Origin: an uncultured delta proteobacterium
GTDB lineage: Bacteria > Desulfobacterota > SM23-61
Reading direction: 5' to 3'
Length of the DNA: 64,000 nt
Assembly (NCBI GenBank): GCA_963760605.1
Contig: CAVXFA010000075.1
Coordinates: forward strand, 11,237-75,236
Under the pieces are notes generated by a model. It was given only the letters and a program-made list of their open reading frames with translations, had not been told where the DNA came from and did not search any database. Positions 31,372 to 42,011 of this stretch are shown piece by piece. Every line of letters starts with the position of its first letter. Position 1 is the stretch's first letter. A program made the position numbers and the translations under genes.

Positions 31372-31522
31372 CCTTAGATCCTATCGGTGAACCTGTTCCA
31401 ATGAAAGGAAAGTAGCGAGCGGTCTTCCCCGCTTCTTAGGAAAAGAGGAGCGAGAGAATTTTGGAAAAGCGATCCCTCAAATTCACTCTTTTCTTGCCCA
31501 GAGAATCTCTTAAGGGGAACCG

Positions 31523-32668
31523 ATGAGACTTTTTTTACTGATCTTTTTCCTGCTCTACGGCGGGCTGCATTACTATTTATTCCTAAAAGCCAGTGCCACT
31601 TTGGCTTTAGGAACGATGTCCAGTATTCTTCTGATCCTGGTCATGTTGTTCATGGTATTCACCCCGCTGATTGTGCATAGTTCTGAAAGACATGGATTTG
31701 CTTCTGCAGCCCGCCTGTTGTCTTTCGTTGGATATAGCTGGATGGGATTTGTTTTTCTATGGTTCTCTTTTTCTATCCTTATAGATTTTTATCGTCTGTT
31801 GATCTACGCCGGGAGGCTGATCGTTCCGGGCTTCTTCTCTCATCTCAATCCTTCTCCGCAGTATTCTTTTTTGCTCTCCTTCCTCCTTTCCCTGTCCATC
31901 GCCCTCTATGGCTATTTCGAGGCAAAGCAAATCCGCACCGAGAGGATTGCGTTGAAAAGCTCTAAAATTCCCAAAGAGGCCGGCAGGCTGAAGATCGCTC
32001 AGATATCGGATGTTCATCTGGGGATGATGGTTCGGGAAGAACGTCTCACCAGGATTCTAAAGGAAGTGAAAAAGGCAACCCCTGATATTTTTGTATCCAC
32101 GGGCGACCTGGTGGATGGGCAGATTAACAACCTTTCTGGGCTGGCCGAAATCCTGAGAGAAATCAATCCCCGATATGGAAAATTTGCCATAACAGGAAAT
32201 CATGAATTTTATGCGGGGCTTTCTCAGTCTCTGGTTTTCACCCAAAATGCCGGATTCTCCGTCCTGAGAGGACAGGGTCTAACCGTTGCCGGCCTCATCA
32301 ATCTCGCCGGAGTGGACGACCCGGCTGGGCAAAGCTTCGGTCTTTTCAGGGGAGTCTCCGAAAAGGAATTGCTCCTCGGCCTGCCACGGGAGAAATTTAC
32401 CTTGTTGCTCAAACACAGGCCGGATCTGGATAAAAGTGCTCTCGGGCTTTTTGATTTACAGATTTCCGGCCATACCCACCAAGGACAGATTTTTCCATTT
32501 CGCCTCATCACCCGGCTTTTTTACGCTTATGACGGCGGGTCCTTTCATCTCCCCAATCATTCTTATCTGCATGTAAGCAGGGGCTCAGGAACCTGGGGGC
32601 CTCCGATCCGTTTTTTAGCGCCCCCGGAAGTGACGATCTATGAATTGATTCATGAGGATCAGCCCTAA
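31523..32668 (+). CDS. Membrane-anchored metallophosphoesterase (calcineurin-like).
   Basis: The phosphoesterase motifs are DVHLG, GDLVDG, GNHEF and GHTHQ. N-terminal transmembrane helices are present. Confidence 0.8.
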   Translation: MRLFLLIFFLLYGGLHYYLFLKASATLALGTMSSILLILVMLFMVFTPLIVHSSERHGFASAARLLSFVGYSWMGFVFLWFSFSILIDFYRLLIYAGRLIVPGFFSHLNPSPQYSFLLSFLLSLSIALYGYFEAKQIRTERIALKSSKIPKEAGRLKIAQISDVHLGMMVREERLTRILKEVKKATPDIFVSTGDLVDGQINNLSGLAEILREINPRYGKFAITGNHEFYAGLSQSLVFTQNAGFSVLRGQGLTVAGLINLAGVDDPAGQSFGLFRGVSEKELLLGLPREKFTLLLKHRPDLDKSALGLFDLQISGHTHQGQIFPFRLITRLFYAYDGGSFHLPNHSYLHVSRGSGTWGPPIRFLAPPEVTIYELIHEDQP

Positions 32669-32692
32669 AGTCCCAAAATAGGAGGAACGCCC

Positions 32693-34126
32693 ATGGCGAA
32701 ACTGGACGAATTCACTTCTCTCGATGCGATGGCCCTGGCCGAGCTGGTACGGCGAAGGCAGGTTAAGCCGATCGAGCTCGTGGATGCTGCTATTGAGCTT
32801 ATCGAGCGCCTCAACCCCACCCTCAACGCGGTGGTTACCCCGATGTATGAACAAGCTCGCATTGCGGCCGCCGGCAAACTTCCCGATGGCCCCTTTACCG
32901 GGGTACCCTTTCTGATCAAAGACCTGGGGGCTATGTATAGCGGAGTACGTATGACCATGGGTGCGGCAATTATGCGCAGCTTCGTACCTGATCATGACAA
33001 TGAGCTGGTAGCGCGGCTGAAGCGCGCCGGCCTGATTATCCTTGGAAAGACCAACACGCCGGAGCTCGGCATTCTGCCAACCACAGAACCCCGCTTGTTT
33101 GGACCCACCCATAACCCCTGGGATCTAAGCCGCACCCCGGGTGGCTCCAGCGGGGGCTCGGCCGCTGCTGTAGCCGCCCGTTTGGTACCCATGGCCCATG
33201 CCAGCGATGGCGGCGGGTCTATTCGTATTCCGGCCTCGTGCTGCGGGATCCTCGGTCTCAAGCCCACCCGGGCGCGCAATCCCCTCGGACCTGATTTTGG
33301 TGACATTTTTGGCGGACTGGTGGTGGATCACGCTGTCACCCGCTCGGTTCGTGACGGCGCTGCTCTGCTCGACGCCACCGCAGGCCCTGATGTGGGAGAT
33401 CCCTACTGGGCACCGCCTCCGGTGCGCCCATTCCTTCAAGAGGTGGGCGCTGACCCCGGAAGGCTGCGCATCGCTTTCACGACGACAGCAGCTACGGGTG
33501 TTAAAGTGCACCCGGAATGCGTCAGCGCGGTGCGCGATGCAGCGGCCCTATGCGCCAGCCTGGGACACGAGGTGATGGAGGCCGCCCCTTCGCTAAACGC
33601 GGAATTGGTGACCCACAGTTTTATGGTCTTGTGGTCGTCGGGTTTCGCCTGGAGCATAGACGGCATAGGCCTAGCAACGGGGCAGCCCCTCTCTCCAGAC
33701 CAGTTTGAACCGCTCACCTGGGGTTTATATGAGATGGGACGCCAGCAAAGCGCATCAGCCTACCTGCTTTCTTTGACTTTTCTCCAGAGGGTCGCCAGGG
33801 ACATCGCCCGCTTTTTCCTCAAGTACGATGTCTTGCTCACTCCCACCCTCAGTGAGCCTCCCGTACCGTTGGGCACTTTTGATTCGCCTCCGGAAGAGCC
33901 CCTGCGAGGTCTCCGCCGGGCAGAGGCCTTCGCTCCCTTCACGCCCATCTGCAACGCCACAGGGCAGCCGGCTATGTCAGTCCCCCTGTACTGGAATGCT
34001 GACGGGCTTCCTGTGGGGACTCATTTCATCGGTCGGTTTGGGGATGAAGCCACCCTGTTCCGTCTGGCCGCACAGCTTGAGGCCGCACGGCCATGGGCCG
34101 GCCGCCGTCCACCGGTATCAGCCTGA
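32693..34126 (+). CDS. Amidase-signature family amidase.
   Basis: The protein has the [12 protein letters not shown] motif and the catalytic Ser block [12 protein letters not shown]. Confidence 0.85.
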   Translation: MAKLDEFTSLDAMALAELVRRRQVKPIELVDAAIELIERLNPTLNAVVTPMYEQARIAAAGKLPDGPFTGVPFLIKDLGAMYSGVRMTMGAAIMRSFVPDHDNELVARLKRAGLIILGKTNTPELGILPTTEPRLFGPTHNPWDLSRTPGGSSGGSAAAVAARLVPMAHASDGGGSIRIPASCCGILGLKPTRARNPLGPDFGDIFGGLVVDHAVTRSVRDGAALLDATAGPDVGDPYWAPPPVRPFLQEVGADPGRLRIAFTTTAATGVKVHPECVSAVRDAAALCASLGHEVMEAAPSLNAELVTHSFMVLWSSGFAWSIDGIGLATGQPLSPDQFEPLTWGLYEMGRQQSASAYLLSLTFLQRVARDIARFFLKYDVLLTPTLSEPPVPLGTFDSPPEEPLRGLRRAEAFAPFTPICNATGQPAMSVPLYWNADGLPVGTHFIGRFGDEATLFRLAAQLEAARPWAGRRPPVSA

Positions 34127-34276
34127 GCTGGCTGCCGGGGGGGGCTGTATCTTTTATTAAATTTCCTCATCTAAAAGACAGAGGATAGTAAGGGGGGAGA
34201 AGTGAAATTGTATTTCCCCTTTCCACCTATATTTGGGGATGTATCCTAAGACGAGAGTAGAGAGGAGGCGATAAAC

Positions 34277-34471
34277 ATGGCCGAGAAAGAATATAAGCAA
34301 CTAAGCTGCCGAGATGCGGGGGCGGATTGTGATTTTCTGGTTCGAGCCGAGACCAAGGAAGAAGTCATGGCAGTGGCGGCAGGTCACGGTGCTCGTGTCC
34401 ATGGGATGAAGGAAGTTACGCCCGAGTTGAAGAACAAGATGGAGTCCATTATTAAGACCGTGCGGGTCTAG
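34277..34471 (+). CDS. DUF1059-family small protein.
   Basis: The 64-aa protein (CRDAGADCDF...) is typical of DUF1059. Confidence 0.6.
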   Translation: MAEKEYKQLSCRDAGADCDFLVRAETKEEVMAVAAGHGARVHGMKEVTPELKNKMESIIKTVRV

Positions 34472-34567
34472 CTTCGGGGGGTTGCCCAGGGAGGAGACTC
34501 AGATAATCGGGTCTCTTTTCCTGGGAACGGTTTGGGTTTAAGGGGAAAGTTTGGGTGAAAACTAAGC

Positions 34568-35323
34568 CTAAGCTTGTAGGGGATTGCGCAGGGTACCGAT
34601 CCCCTCGATGCTCACTTCGACTACGTCCCCCGGTTTTATCGCGCCGATCCCTTTGGGAGTTCCTGTGCTGATGATGTCTCCCGGGAAGAGAGTCATACAT
34701 TGGGAGAGGTAGTGGACCAAAAAGGGCACGGAAAAAACTAGATTTCTGGTGTGGCCCTCTTGTACCTTTTTTCCGTTCAGAAAAGTCCGAACAATAAGCT
34801 GGGAAGGATCAAGGCCGGTGGCAATGCATGGACCGAAGGGAGCGAAGGAATCGAACCCCTTGGAACGGGTGAGCTGGCCCTGAACTTTGGTCAGCACCCG
34901 TTCGGTTACGTCGTTAAAGCAGGTGTATCCCAGAACATGGTCCAGGGCTTCCTCTGGAGAGACATCTTTCACCCGATTTTTGATGACCAGGGCTAACTCC
35001 CCTTCGTAGTCCACTCGTTGGGCGACCCTGGGGTAAAGGATCGGGTCCTCCGGCCCGATGACTGCGGAAAGAGGTTTGATGAAATGGCTGGGAAATTTGG
35101 GGATCTCATCGCCGAGTTCCTCGATATGATCCCGAAAATTCAAGCCGACGCACAAGATCTTCGAAGGTTCGGCAGGCGGAAGAAGACGTACTTCCGAAAT
35201 TTTATGCTTCGAAGAAGTGGTCTCAAATTTTCCGAAGATGGAGCCGGAGATCTCCCGAATGAAAGCATCTTCCCAGATTCCGTAACTTGCCCGTTCCCCA
35301 ATTTGATAGCGTACAAATTTCAT
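34568..35323 (-). CDS. Fumarylacetoacetate hydrolase (FAH) family hydratase/isomerase.
   Basis: The FAH C-terminal domain motifs (GLNFRDH...DYEGELA) are present. The start is at MKFVRY. Confidence 0.8.
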   Translation of the reverse strand: MKFVRYQIGERASYGIWEDAFIREISGSIFGKFETTSSKHKISEVRLLPPAEPSKILCVGLNFRDHIEELGDEIPKFPSHFIKPLSAVIGPEDPILYPRVAQRVDYEGELALVIKNRVKDVSPEEALDHVLGYTCFNDVTERVLTKVQGQLTRSKGFDSFAPFGPCIATGLDPSQLIVRTFLNGKKVQEGHTRNLVFSVPFLVHYLSQCMTLFPGDIISTGTPKGIGAIKPGDVVEVSIEGIGTLRNPLQA

Positions 35324-35643
35324 CTTCGCTCCCTCCTTTGAAGTGCAACGCAATCGCTTCCCTTGTCACATTCAGTCCCTACTCTGATTCCAATATAAAG
35401 ATGGGACTTCCAGGTTCGATTTTTACTCGTCCCCTTTCTTCCTTAAAAGCAGGTCTATCCTCACATCATCAACCCTTTGTATGAAGGTGAGGTATTGGGG
35501 CTTATTTATTTCATTGTAACATACCCTAGGACAAAAATCTTCTGCCTCTTGCCGAACAATGATTGCTGTATCGCCCGAGCGAAACCCCTCGCTCCGGTCG
35601 GGTTCGATCATCGATATTGTGATTAATTCCGAATCGGTTTAAA

Positions 35644-36489
35644 ATGTCTGAAAACCTTTATCCTGCAAAGACTGGGAGCCCGTCGGAGACACGAAGGGGA
35701 CTGAGTAATATGGGTTTGGCTAGAGACGACCTTAAGGATTTGAGATACGCCAGAGATCTTCTGGAAAATCCCGGTTTAGCTGCCAAAATTGCCAATCGCT
35801 TTGGGACTCCGATCGAGAAGGGGTTTAAGCTTCTTCCCGTAGGGTGGTCCGAGGCCGTACTCGAAGCCACCCGAGTCGCCTTGCGCAAAGTTTTAGACTT
35901 GGCCGTGATTACCCTGAACGAAAAAACGGATACCCCGTCTACCGATTGGATCCATAAAATAATGGTTGCGACCACCGGGGCCGCAGGCGGTGCCTTCGGC
36001 CTGATGGCCCTTTCGGTGGAATTGCCCCTTTCCACGATGATCATGTTCCGTTCCGTCGCCGACATAGCCCGAAGCGAGGGAGAAGAGATTAGAAGTATAT
36101 ACACAAAATTGGCCTGCTTAGAGGTCTTTGCCCTAGGAGGGAAATCTTCAAAGGACGACGCCACGGAAACCGGATATTTCGCAGTCCGGATGGCTCTGGC
36201 TTCTGCGCTGTCCAAGGCGATAAATTATATCGCCCAAAAGGGCCTGATGGAGGAAGGCGCCCCCGTGCTTGTCGGACTCATCACGAAGATCGCCAGCCGA
36301 TTTAGCGTAGTGGTTTCAGAGAAAGTCGCCGCCCAGGCCGTGCCCATCGTAGGTGCAGTCGGCGGAGCTCTCGTCAATACGATCTTTATGGATCACTTCC
36401 AGGACATCGCCCGCGGCCATTTTATCATCCGTAGACTCGAAAGGTTTTATGGCCCGAAGGAGGTTCAACGTCAATATGAGAGCCTTTAG
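35644..36489 (+). CDS. EcsC-family protein.
   Basis: The protein has the EcsC-like organisation (DLKDLRYARDLLENPGLAAKIANRFG). Confidence 0.65.
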   Translation: MSENLYPAKTGSPSETRRGLSNMGLARDDLKDLRYARDLLENPGLAAKIANRFGTPIEKGFKLLPVGWSEAVLEATRVALRKVLDLAVITLNEKTDTPSTDWIHKIMVATTGAAGGAFGLMALSVELPLSTMIMFRSVADIARSEGEEIRSIYTKLACLEVFALGGKSSKDDATETGYFAVRMALASALSKAINYIAQKGLMEEGAPVLVGLITKIASRFSVVVSEKVAAQAVPIVGAVGGALVNTIFMDHFQDIARGHFIIRRLERFYGPKEVQRQYESL

Positions 36490-36500
36490 GGAATGCCCAG

Positions 36501-37205
36501 TTACCTGAACAGAGCCTTCCGACCGACGACCTCTTGCTTTATGGACCACCTCTGGACAGCCTCAATGACCTCCTCCGGTTGGTCGCAAACTCTTAGATTA
36601 TGAAAATCTTCTTCAGAAACGAACCCTTTGGCCAAGATTGAATCCTTCAGCCAATCCAGAAACCCCCCCCAGTATTCGCTATTGAACAAGATCACCGGAA
36701 AAGGTCTTATTTTATGAGTCTGCATCAGAGTCAGCACCTCGGTAAGCTCGTCGAGCGTGCCCAGGCCCCCTGGCATAATGATAAAAGCTATGGCATACTT
36801 CACGAGCATTACTTTGCGAACAAAGAAATGATTAAACGTGATGGTCTTTGTGGAGTAAGGATTACAAGCTTGCTCCTGGGGTAATTCAATATTCAGTCCC
36901 ACAGATGTCACCCCCGCTGCCAGCGCTCCCTTATTGGCTGCCTCCATGACCCCAGGCCCCCCGCCAGTTATGATGGAAAAGCCCAGCTCCCCAAGTCGAC
37001 GGGTAATCTCCTCTGTCTGAACGTACAGTGGATCCCCGGGATGAATGCGAGCTGAACCGTATATAGTTACGGCCGGCCCGATTCCCGAAAGTTTATCAAA
37101 GCCCTCCACCAGTTCCCCGATGATCCGGAACATGCGCCAGGATTCTCCCTTGGCCAAATCGTTTATCTCATACTCCAGTTGCATATAACCCTCCTCAAGA
37201 GGCAA
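36501..37205 (-). CDS. LOG-family (TIGR00730) cytokinin-riboside-5'-monophosphate phosphoribohydrolase-like protein.
   Basis: The motifs GGGPGVMEA and PGGLGTLDEL are present. Confidence 0.8.
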   Translation of the reverse strand: MPLEEGYMQLEYEINDLAKGESWRMFRIIGELVEGFDKLSGIGPAVTIYGSARIHPGDPLYVQTEEITRRLGELGFSIITGGGPGVMEAANKGALAAGVTSVGLNIELPQEQACNPYSTKTITFNHFFVRKVMLVKYAIAFIIMPGGLGTLDELTEVLTLMQTHKIRPFPVILFNSEYWGGFLDWLKDSILAKGFVSEEDFHNLRVCDQPEEVIEAVQRWSIKQEVVGRKALFR

Positions 37206-37381
37206 TGTCTCTTAATATCCAAGTCCTGGAAAGAGAATAAGAGGAGCCATCAGTCCTGTCAAGTTCAAATTGACATTTGAACATGGGACCCCCAGCATTC
37301 CTCGTTTTATTGCTCCCGATCCAAACGCAGGTTAGGAATATGCCTATGAAGGATATTGCCTGCATACTGAAGACTGGATGA

Positions 37382-37593
37382 CCTGACGAGAAACTCAGAG
37401 AGAGGATAACGCCGGTGAGGTCCAATTTAAAGAGGAAATACCTTGGGGGAATGATCGGCAGTGCCCTGGGCGCGATGGCTTGTGCCATCTCGGGGGCCTA
37501 TCTGGGCATCGATGCCATTCCGGTGGCCTGGCAGGAAAAACTCGAAAATCGAGCTTATATAAAAGGGCCGGCAACAGGACCGGACCAAAGCTG
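37382..37593 (+). pseudogene. Possible C-terminal remnant of an ADP-ribosylglycohydrolase-family gene.
   Basis: The fragment GGMIGSALGAMACAISGAYLGIDAIPVAWQEKLE resembles the conserved C-terminus of DraG-like hydrolases. There is no upstream ORF. Confidence 0.3.
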
Positions 37594-37615
37594 ACTTGAA
37601 AATAGGATCATTCCC

Positions 37616-38038
37616 CTAATCGGCGTCCAGGCGCAGGGACATCCTTTTTCCTCCGATCTCGAGGGTGGTCTTGGAATAAGTGCTTTTCCGGATGATCTTA
37701 CCGTCTTGGAAGTGGATGACATCAAGACCGCGTCTCCGCTCGGGCTTTCCTTCGTATCCTTTTTCTTTAGATGGCCAGTCAAGATACCACTGGTAAAGAA
37801 CCTTCTGCTCGATCTCATCGATAAAGATGTCCTCCCCGGTGAATCGAAAGCCCCGATGGTCTTCAAACCAAGGTTTCCATGCTCCGTGTAAGGCCTGCTT
37901 GCCCTGAACTTTTGCACCCGTCCAGTTTTCGAAGAGGATATCCTCATGAAAAAGCCCCATGACGCCATTGAGGTCATGTTGATCCCAGGCCTGATTCCAT
38001 CGTGTCAACGATTCTATGATTTCCTTCCGAGAAAGCAT
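37616..38038 (-). CDS. SnoaL/NTF2-like family protein.
   Basis: The 140-aa protein has the NTF2-like pattern (LTRWNQAWDQHDL). Confidence 0.6.
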   Translation of the reverse strand: MLSRKEIIESLTRWNQAWDQHDLNGVMGLFHEDILFENWTGAKVQGKQALHGAWKPWFEDHRGFRFTGEDIFIDEIEQKVLYQWYLDWPSKEKGYEGKPERRRGLDVIHFQDGKIIRKSTYSKTTLEIGGKRMSLRLDAD

Positions 38039-38482
38039 GATCCACCTCCCTCTTGGCTAACAATAAGAAGGTCAACTCGGCTCAACCGACTCTTATAAAC
38101 ACCTCATTTCTCACATTAGATTAGCAAAAATTGCCGATGCGAGTCCATTCGTAATATCATAATTTGTACAAAATTAGGCTTGGGAATTGTACAGAAGTGA
38201 ACAAATTCTTTCCCTTTTTACCTATCAAAAAGCCCAAACCATACAGCGAAGAGGCTTTTTCCCGTATGGGCAGAAAAAGGAAGAACGAAATTTATTAAAA
38301 AAATCAACAATTAAAATCCGTCCGGGCCATCAGGAAAGCTCCCATCCCAAAATTTTCATCATCTATCTTGCAGCCTTAAATCCGATTGCGGCATAGGAAT
38401 TGCTGGAATATCTGTTTTTGAATAAAGAATCAAAGGTTAGACTATTTTCACAACTCATATTCATTTTCGGCGGTTCAGGAGA

Positions 38483-39445
38483 TTGGCGAACGAAGATTAT
38501 ACAGTCCTGATTCTTTCTCAGCAGTCTTCGGAAATCAAAAAGTTAAGGCTTCCTCCGTTCACCCTGAAGATGGCGGCAGCTCTGGGGGGGATCTTGACCT
38601 TTCTCGGGGCTTTCATCATCTACGACTACACGGCAAACAAGCAGGAATTTGGGGACCCGACCCGACTCCGCGCTGAAATCCATGCCCGTAATTTAGCAAT
38701 CCGCGCTTTTGGGGAAAAAGTAGCCCTCTTGGAAGAAAGACTGACCCATCTCAAAAATATGGAAAAGCAGACCAAGCTGACCCTTTATGAAGTAGACGAA
38801 CTAAAAAAACTAAGGAAAGATTCTCAGGTGGTTCGCCGAAAGGGGAACTCCCTGGGAACGAAAGATGCGCTTCAGGAGGCAGCCTGTTTCCGGGAAGAAC
38901 AAATATGCTTTTTCGAGAGCGAGCGGCCCCCCCTGCTTAGCCGCCTCCAACATGACCTGCTTGTACTGCGCAAAGAAGCTTTTCGAGCAGAGCAACATCT
39001 GAAGGGGCTCCAGCAATTCCTCCAGAGCAAAAAGGCGATTCTCCTGGCCACTCCTTTCCTCTGGCCTGTTTGGGGCCAGATCACTTCGAAGTTCGGGGAC
39101 ACCCGCTTATCCGCCTATTCAGGGGGTACGAGACCGCATAAGGGAGTCGACATCGCTGCGCCACGAGGAACTCCCATTGTCGCCCCCTCAGATGGGGTGG
39201 TCAGTTTCGTCGGCCAGGAATTAGACGTCGGACGCCTGATCTTCATCGATCATGGTCACGGGTTTACCACCATGTACGGCCATTTGAATAAAGCTTTTGT
39301 CCACCGAGGCGATAAAGTCAGAAAAGGGCAAACCATCGGAGCCGTAGGCGCGTCAGGCAAATGCACAGGGCCTCACCTCCACTACGAAGTGCGCCTCCAG
39401 GGCAAACATGTCAACCCCGCTTTCTATCTCAACCAAGCTCCATGA
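38483..39445 (+). CDS. M23-family metallopeptidase with an N-terminal transmembrane helix and coiled coil.
   Basis: The M23 motifs HKGVDIAAPRGTPI, HGHGFTTMYGHL and GPHLHYEV are present. Confidence 0.85.
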   Translation: MANEDYTVLILSQQSSEIKKLRLPPFTLKMAAALGGILTFLGAFIIYDYTANKQEFGDPTRLRAEIHARNLAIRAFGEKVALLEERLTHLKNMEKQTKLTLYEVDELKKLRKDSQVVRRKGNSLGTKDALQEAACFREEQICFFESERPPLLSRLQHDLLVLRKEAFRAEQHLKGLQQFLQSKKAILLATPFLWPVWGQITSKFGDTRLSAYSGGTRPHKGVDIAAPRGTPIVAPSDGVVSFVGQELDVGRLIFIDHGHGFTTMYGHLNKAFVHRGDKVRKGQTIGAVGASGKCTGPHLHYEVRLQGKHVNPAFYLNQAP

Positions 39446-39636
39446 ACCCCTTTTGCCGTGCCGTTCTTTTTTTCCTACTCAAATGATTCTGGATTTAGCG
39501 AGATTTTCTAAAGCGCTAAGAATCATCTCCTCCCAATTTTAAGGGCCCCATTCTTTTTGCCTGAAACAAGGTTACAAATAAAACTAACTTAAAACAATGA
39601 AGCTCGACGCATTGGACAGGGCCGGGAGTCTAGCCT

Positions 39637-40227
39637 CTACGAGGCGGCATTCCCCTTTAACCCGATTCCCTCTGCGACTTCTTGCATTCCTTTTATGGTA
39701 TCTTCGATAAGTTCGTCAATTCCAACTTGCAGCAGCTCCGCGCCTTTTTCGATAATGGACCTGTCCACGCCTGCGGCAAACCTTTTGTCGTTCCATTTCT
39801 TTCTTACTGACTTCACGTTTACATCCATTACGCTTTTAGAGGGGCGAACTAAAGCCGTTGTTACCACAAGCCCAGTAAGCTCATCGATGGCATATAGGAC
39901 CTTTTCCAGTTCAGTCTGGGGTACTACCTCTGAGCATATACCCCATCCGTGAGAAACGGCGGCACGGATATACTCCTCCGGCCAAGCATTTCCTTCGAGG
40001 ATTTCTTTCGTTTTAGAGCAGTGCTGGTCGGGGAACTTTTCATAATCGAGATCATGAATGAGGCCGATGATTCCCCACTTTTCCACGTCCTCGCCGCGTT
40101 TTCTCGCCATGTAGCGCATGACTCCTTCGACGGCATAAGCATGCTTGCGCAAGCTATCGCTCTCGTTATATTGGTGCAGAAGTTCTAACGCCTCTTTGCG
40201 AGTTGGCACTTTTCGTTCCATCGTCAT
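39637..40227 (-). CDS. HD/HDIG-domain phosphohydrolase.
   Basis: The HD motif is in GLIHDLDYEKF, with His residues upstream. Confidence 0.7.
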   Translation of the reverse strand: MTMERKVPTRKEALELLHQYNESDSLRKHAYAVEGVMRYMARKRGEDVEKWGIIGLIHDLDYEKFPDQHCSKTKEILEGNAWPEEYIRAAVSHGWGICSEVVPQTELEKVLYAIDELTGLVVTTALVRPSKSVMDVNVKSVRKKWNDKRFAAGVDRSIIEKGAELLQVGIDELIEDTIKGMQEVAEGIGLKGNAAS

Positions 40228-40582
40228 ATCCCCTCCCCGATCATTTAAAATGTCGTGTATTTCTTAACATCGCACGCCAAGTTTATCAGGCTCTAGTGCC
40301 CGTCCAGGTTCATCAAAAAAAGATCCTCTTCCCTATCGATCAATTTAGCATAGATTGTAAAGCGTGGAGGCAAATTTTCTTATTGATATTTGAATGAGTT
40401 TGGGATATTTTTCAATAAATATTGGCAGGGTCCGTTCAGTCTTTCTCCAGGCATTTAACGGAGGACCAAAATGGGGCGAAAAAAAACCGCTTCCAAAACT
40501 GAGGCGGGTTTTTTCCAGAGATTCTCATGGGTCTCCTGTGCCCTGATCACAAAGCTTCAGATAGACAGGTAGAGGTGCGCAC

Positions 40583-41992
40583 ATGGAAAAAGAGAGCATC
40601 CTTAGGGAATTGCAAAAAATCGTGGGGAGTCAGAATGTCCTGTGGAAGGATGTGGATCTGGCCGTCTATGAGTATGATGCCGGATTGGACAGGGGCAAAC
40701 CTCGCTTTGTGGTTTTTACCCGCACGGCGGAGGAAGTCGCGAACATCGTCAAATTCCTTTATCAAGAAGGGATCAGCTATGTGGCCCGGGGTTCAGGAAC
40801 GAATCTCAGCGGTGGCACGGTGCCCTTAAACGGCGGTGTCGTGATCGAACTCTCCAGGATGAATAAGATTCTGGAGATGGATCTCCCAAACGAAAGGGCG
40901 CTGGTGGAGCCGGGGGTTTACAACTTGACCCTGCAAAATGCCCTGGCACCCCTGGGATACTATTATGCCCCGGATCCTGCCAGCCAGAAGGTTTCCACAA
41001 TGGGCGGAAATTTGGGGGAGAACGCGGGTGGACCCCACTGTCTCAAGTATGGAGTGACCAGCAACCACGTGCTCGGGGCAGAAGTGGTTTTGCCCAATGG
41101 CGAGAAGATCTGGCTGGGAAGCAAATCCGTCGATCCCCCGGGCCCGGACCTGCTGGGTCTGTTTAACGGATCGGAGGGCACGCTGGGGATTGCCACAAAA
41201 ATCCTCGTGCGCATCATGCGGGCACCTGAACGGGTCTTGACGATGCTGGCGATCTTTAAGTCCGTTGAAGATGCGGGTCAGACCGTTTCCGACATCATCG
41301 GAGAGGGGATCATTCCGGCGACCCTGGAGATCATGGATAACCTTGTCATTCGGGCCGTCGAGGAATCTGTTCACGCCGGGTACCCGATGGATGCCGAAGC
41401 GGTCCTCATCATCGAACTGGACGGCCTCACCGATGGCATGGATGAGCAGGTCCAAAAAATTCTGGAAATCTGTCAAAAGAATGGAGTGGTTAACGCCAGA
41501 CGGGCGAAGGATGCCTCCGAACGGGCGGATTTGTGGGCGGGGCGGAGAGGCGCTTTCGGAGCGGTGGCCCGGCTCAGGCCCTCATTTCTCGTGTGTGATG
41601 GGACCGTTCCGCGAACGAAACTTCCTGCAGCCTTGGCGGCGGTGAAGAAGGTCGCGGAGAAATACAACCTCTCCATCGGGAATGTCTTTCATGCCGGCGA
41701 CGGTAACCTCCATCCTCTGATTATGTTCGACGAACGGGATGCCGGCGAGCTGGCACGGGTGCACAAGGCAGGGAGCGAGATCCTCAAGGTTTGTGTCGAT
41801 CTGGGAGGGACCATAAGCGGGGAACACGGCATCGGCACGGAAAAGCTGGTCGAGATGTCCCTGATCTTCAGAGAATCTGACATCGACATCATACGCAGCA
41901 TTAAGGCGGCCCTTGACCCGAAAGGGCTTTGCAATCCCGGGAAGCTGATTCCTCCGGCCGCCAAAGCGATGGCCGATTCCGGGACCGTTTAA
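40583..41992 (+). CDS. glcD: FAD-linked oxidase, glycolate oxidase subunit GlcD-like.
   Basis: The protein has an FAD-binding PCMH domain plus a FAD-oxidase C-terminus. It is the first gene of a three-gene D/E/F arrangement. Confidence 0.8.
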   Translation: MEKESILRELQKIVGSQNVLWKDVDLAVYEYDAGLDRGKPRFVVFTRTAEEVANIVKFLYQEGISYVARGSGTNLSGGTVPLNGGVVIELSRMNKILEMDLPNERALVEPGVYNLTLQNALAPLGYYYAPDPASQKVSTMGGNLGENAGGPHCLKYGVTSNHVLGAEVVLPNGEKIWLGSKSVDPPGPDLLGLFNGSEGTLGIATKILVRIMRAPERVLTMLAIFKSVEDAGQTVSDIIGEGIIPATLEIMDNLVIRAVEESVHAGYPMDAEAVLIIELDGLTDGMDEQVQKILEICQKNGVVNARRAKDASERADLWAGRRGAFGAVARLRPSFLVCDGTVPRTKLPAALAAVKKVAEKYNLSIGNVFHAGDGNLHPLIMFDERDAGELARVHKAGSEILKVCVDLGGTISGEHGIGTEKLVEMSLIFRESDIDIIRSIKAALDPKGLCNPGKLIPPAAKAMADSGTV

Positions 41993-42011
41993 AAAGAGAG
42001 GAGGAGATAGA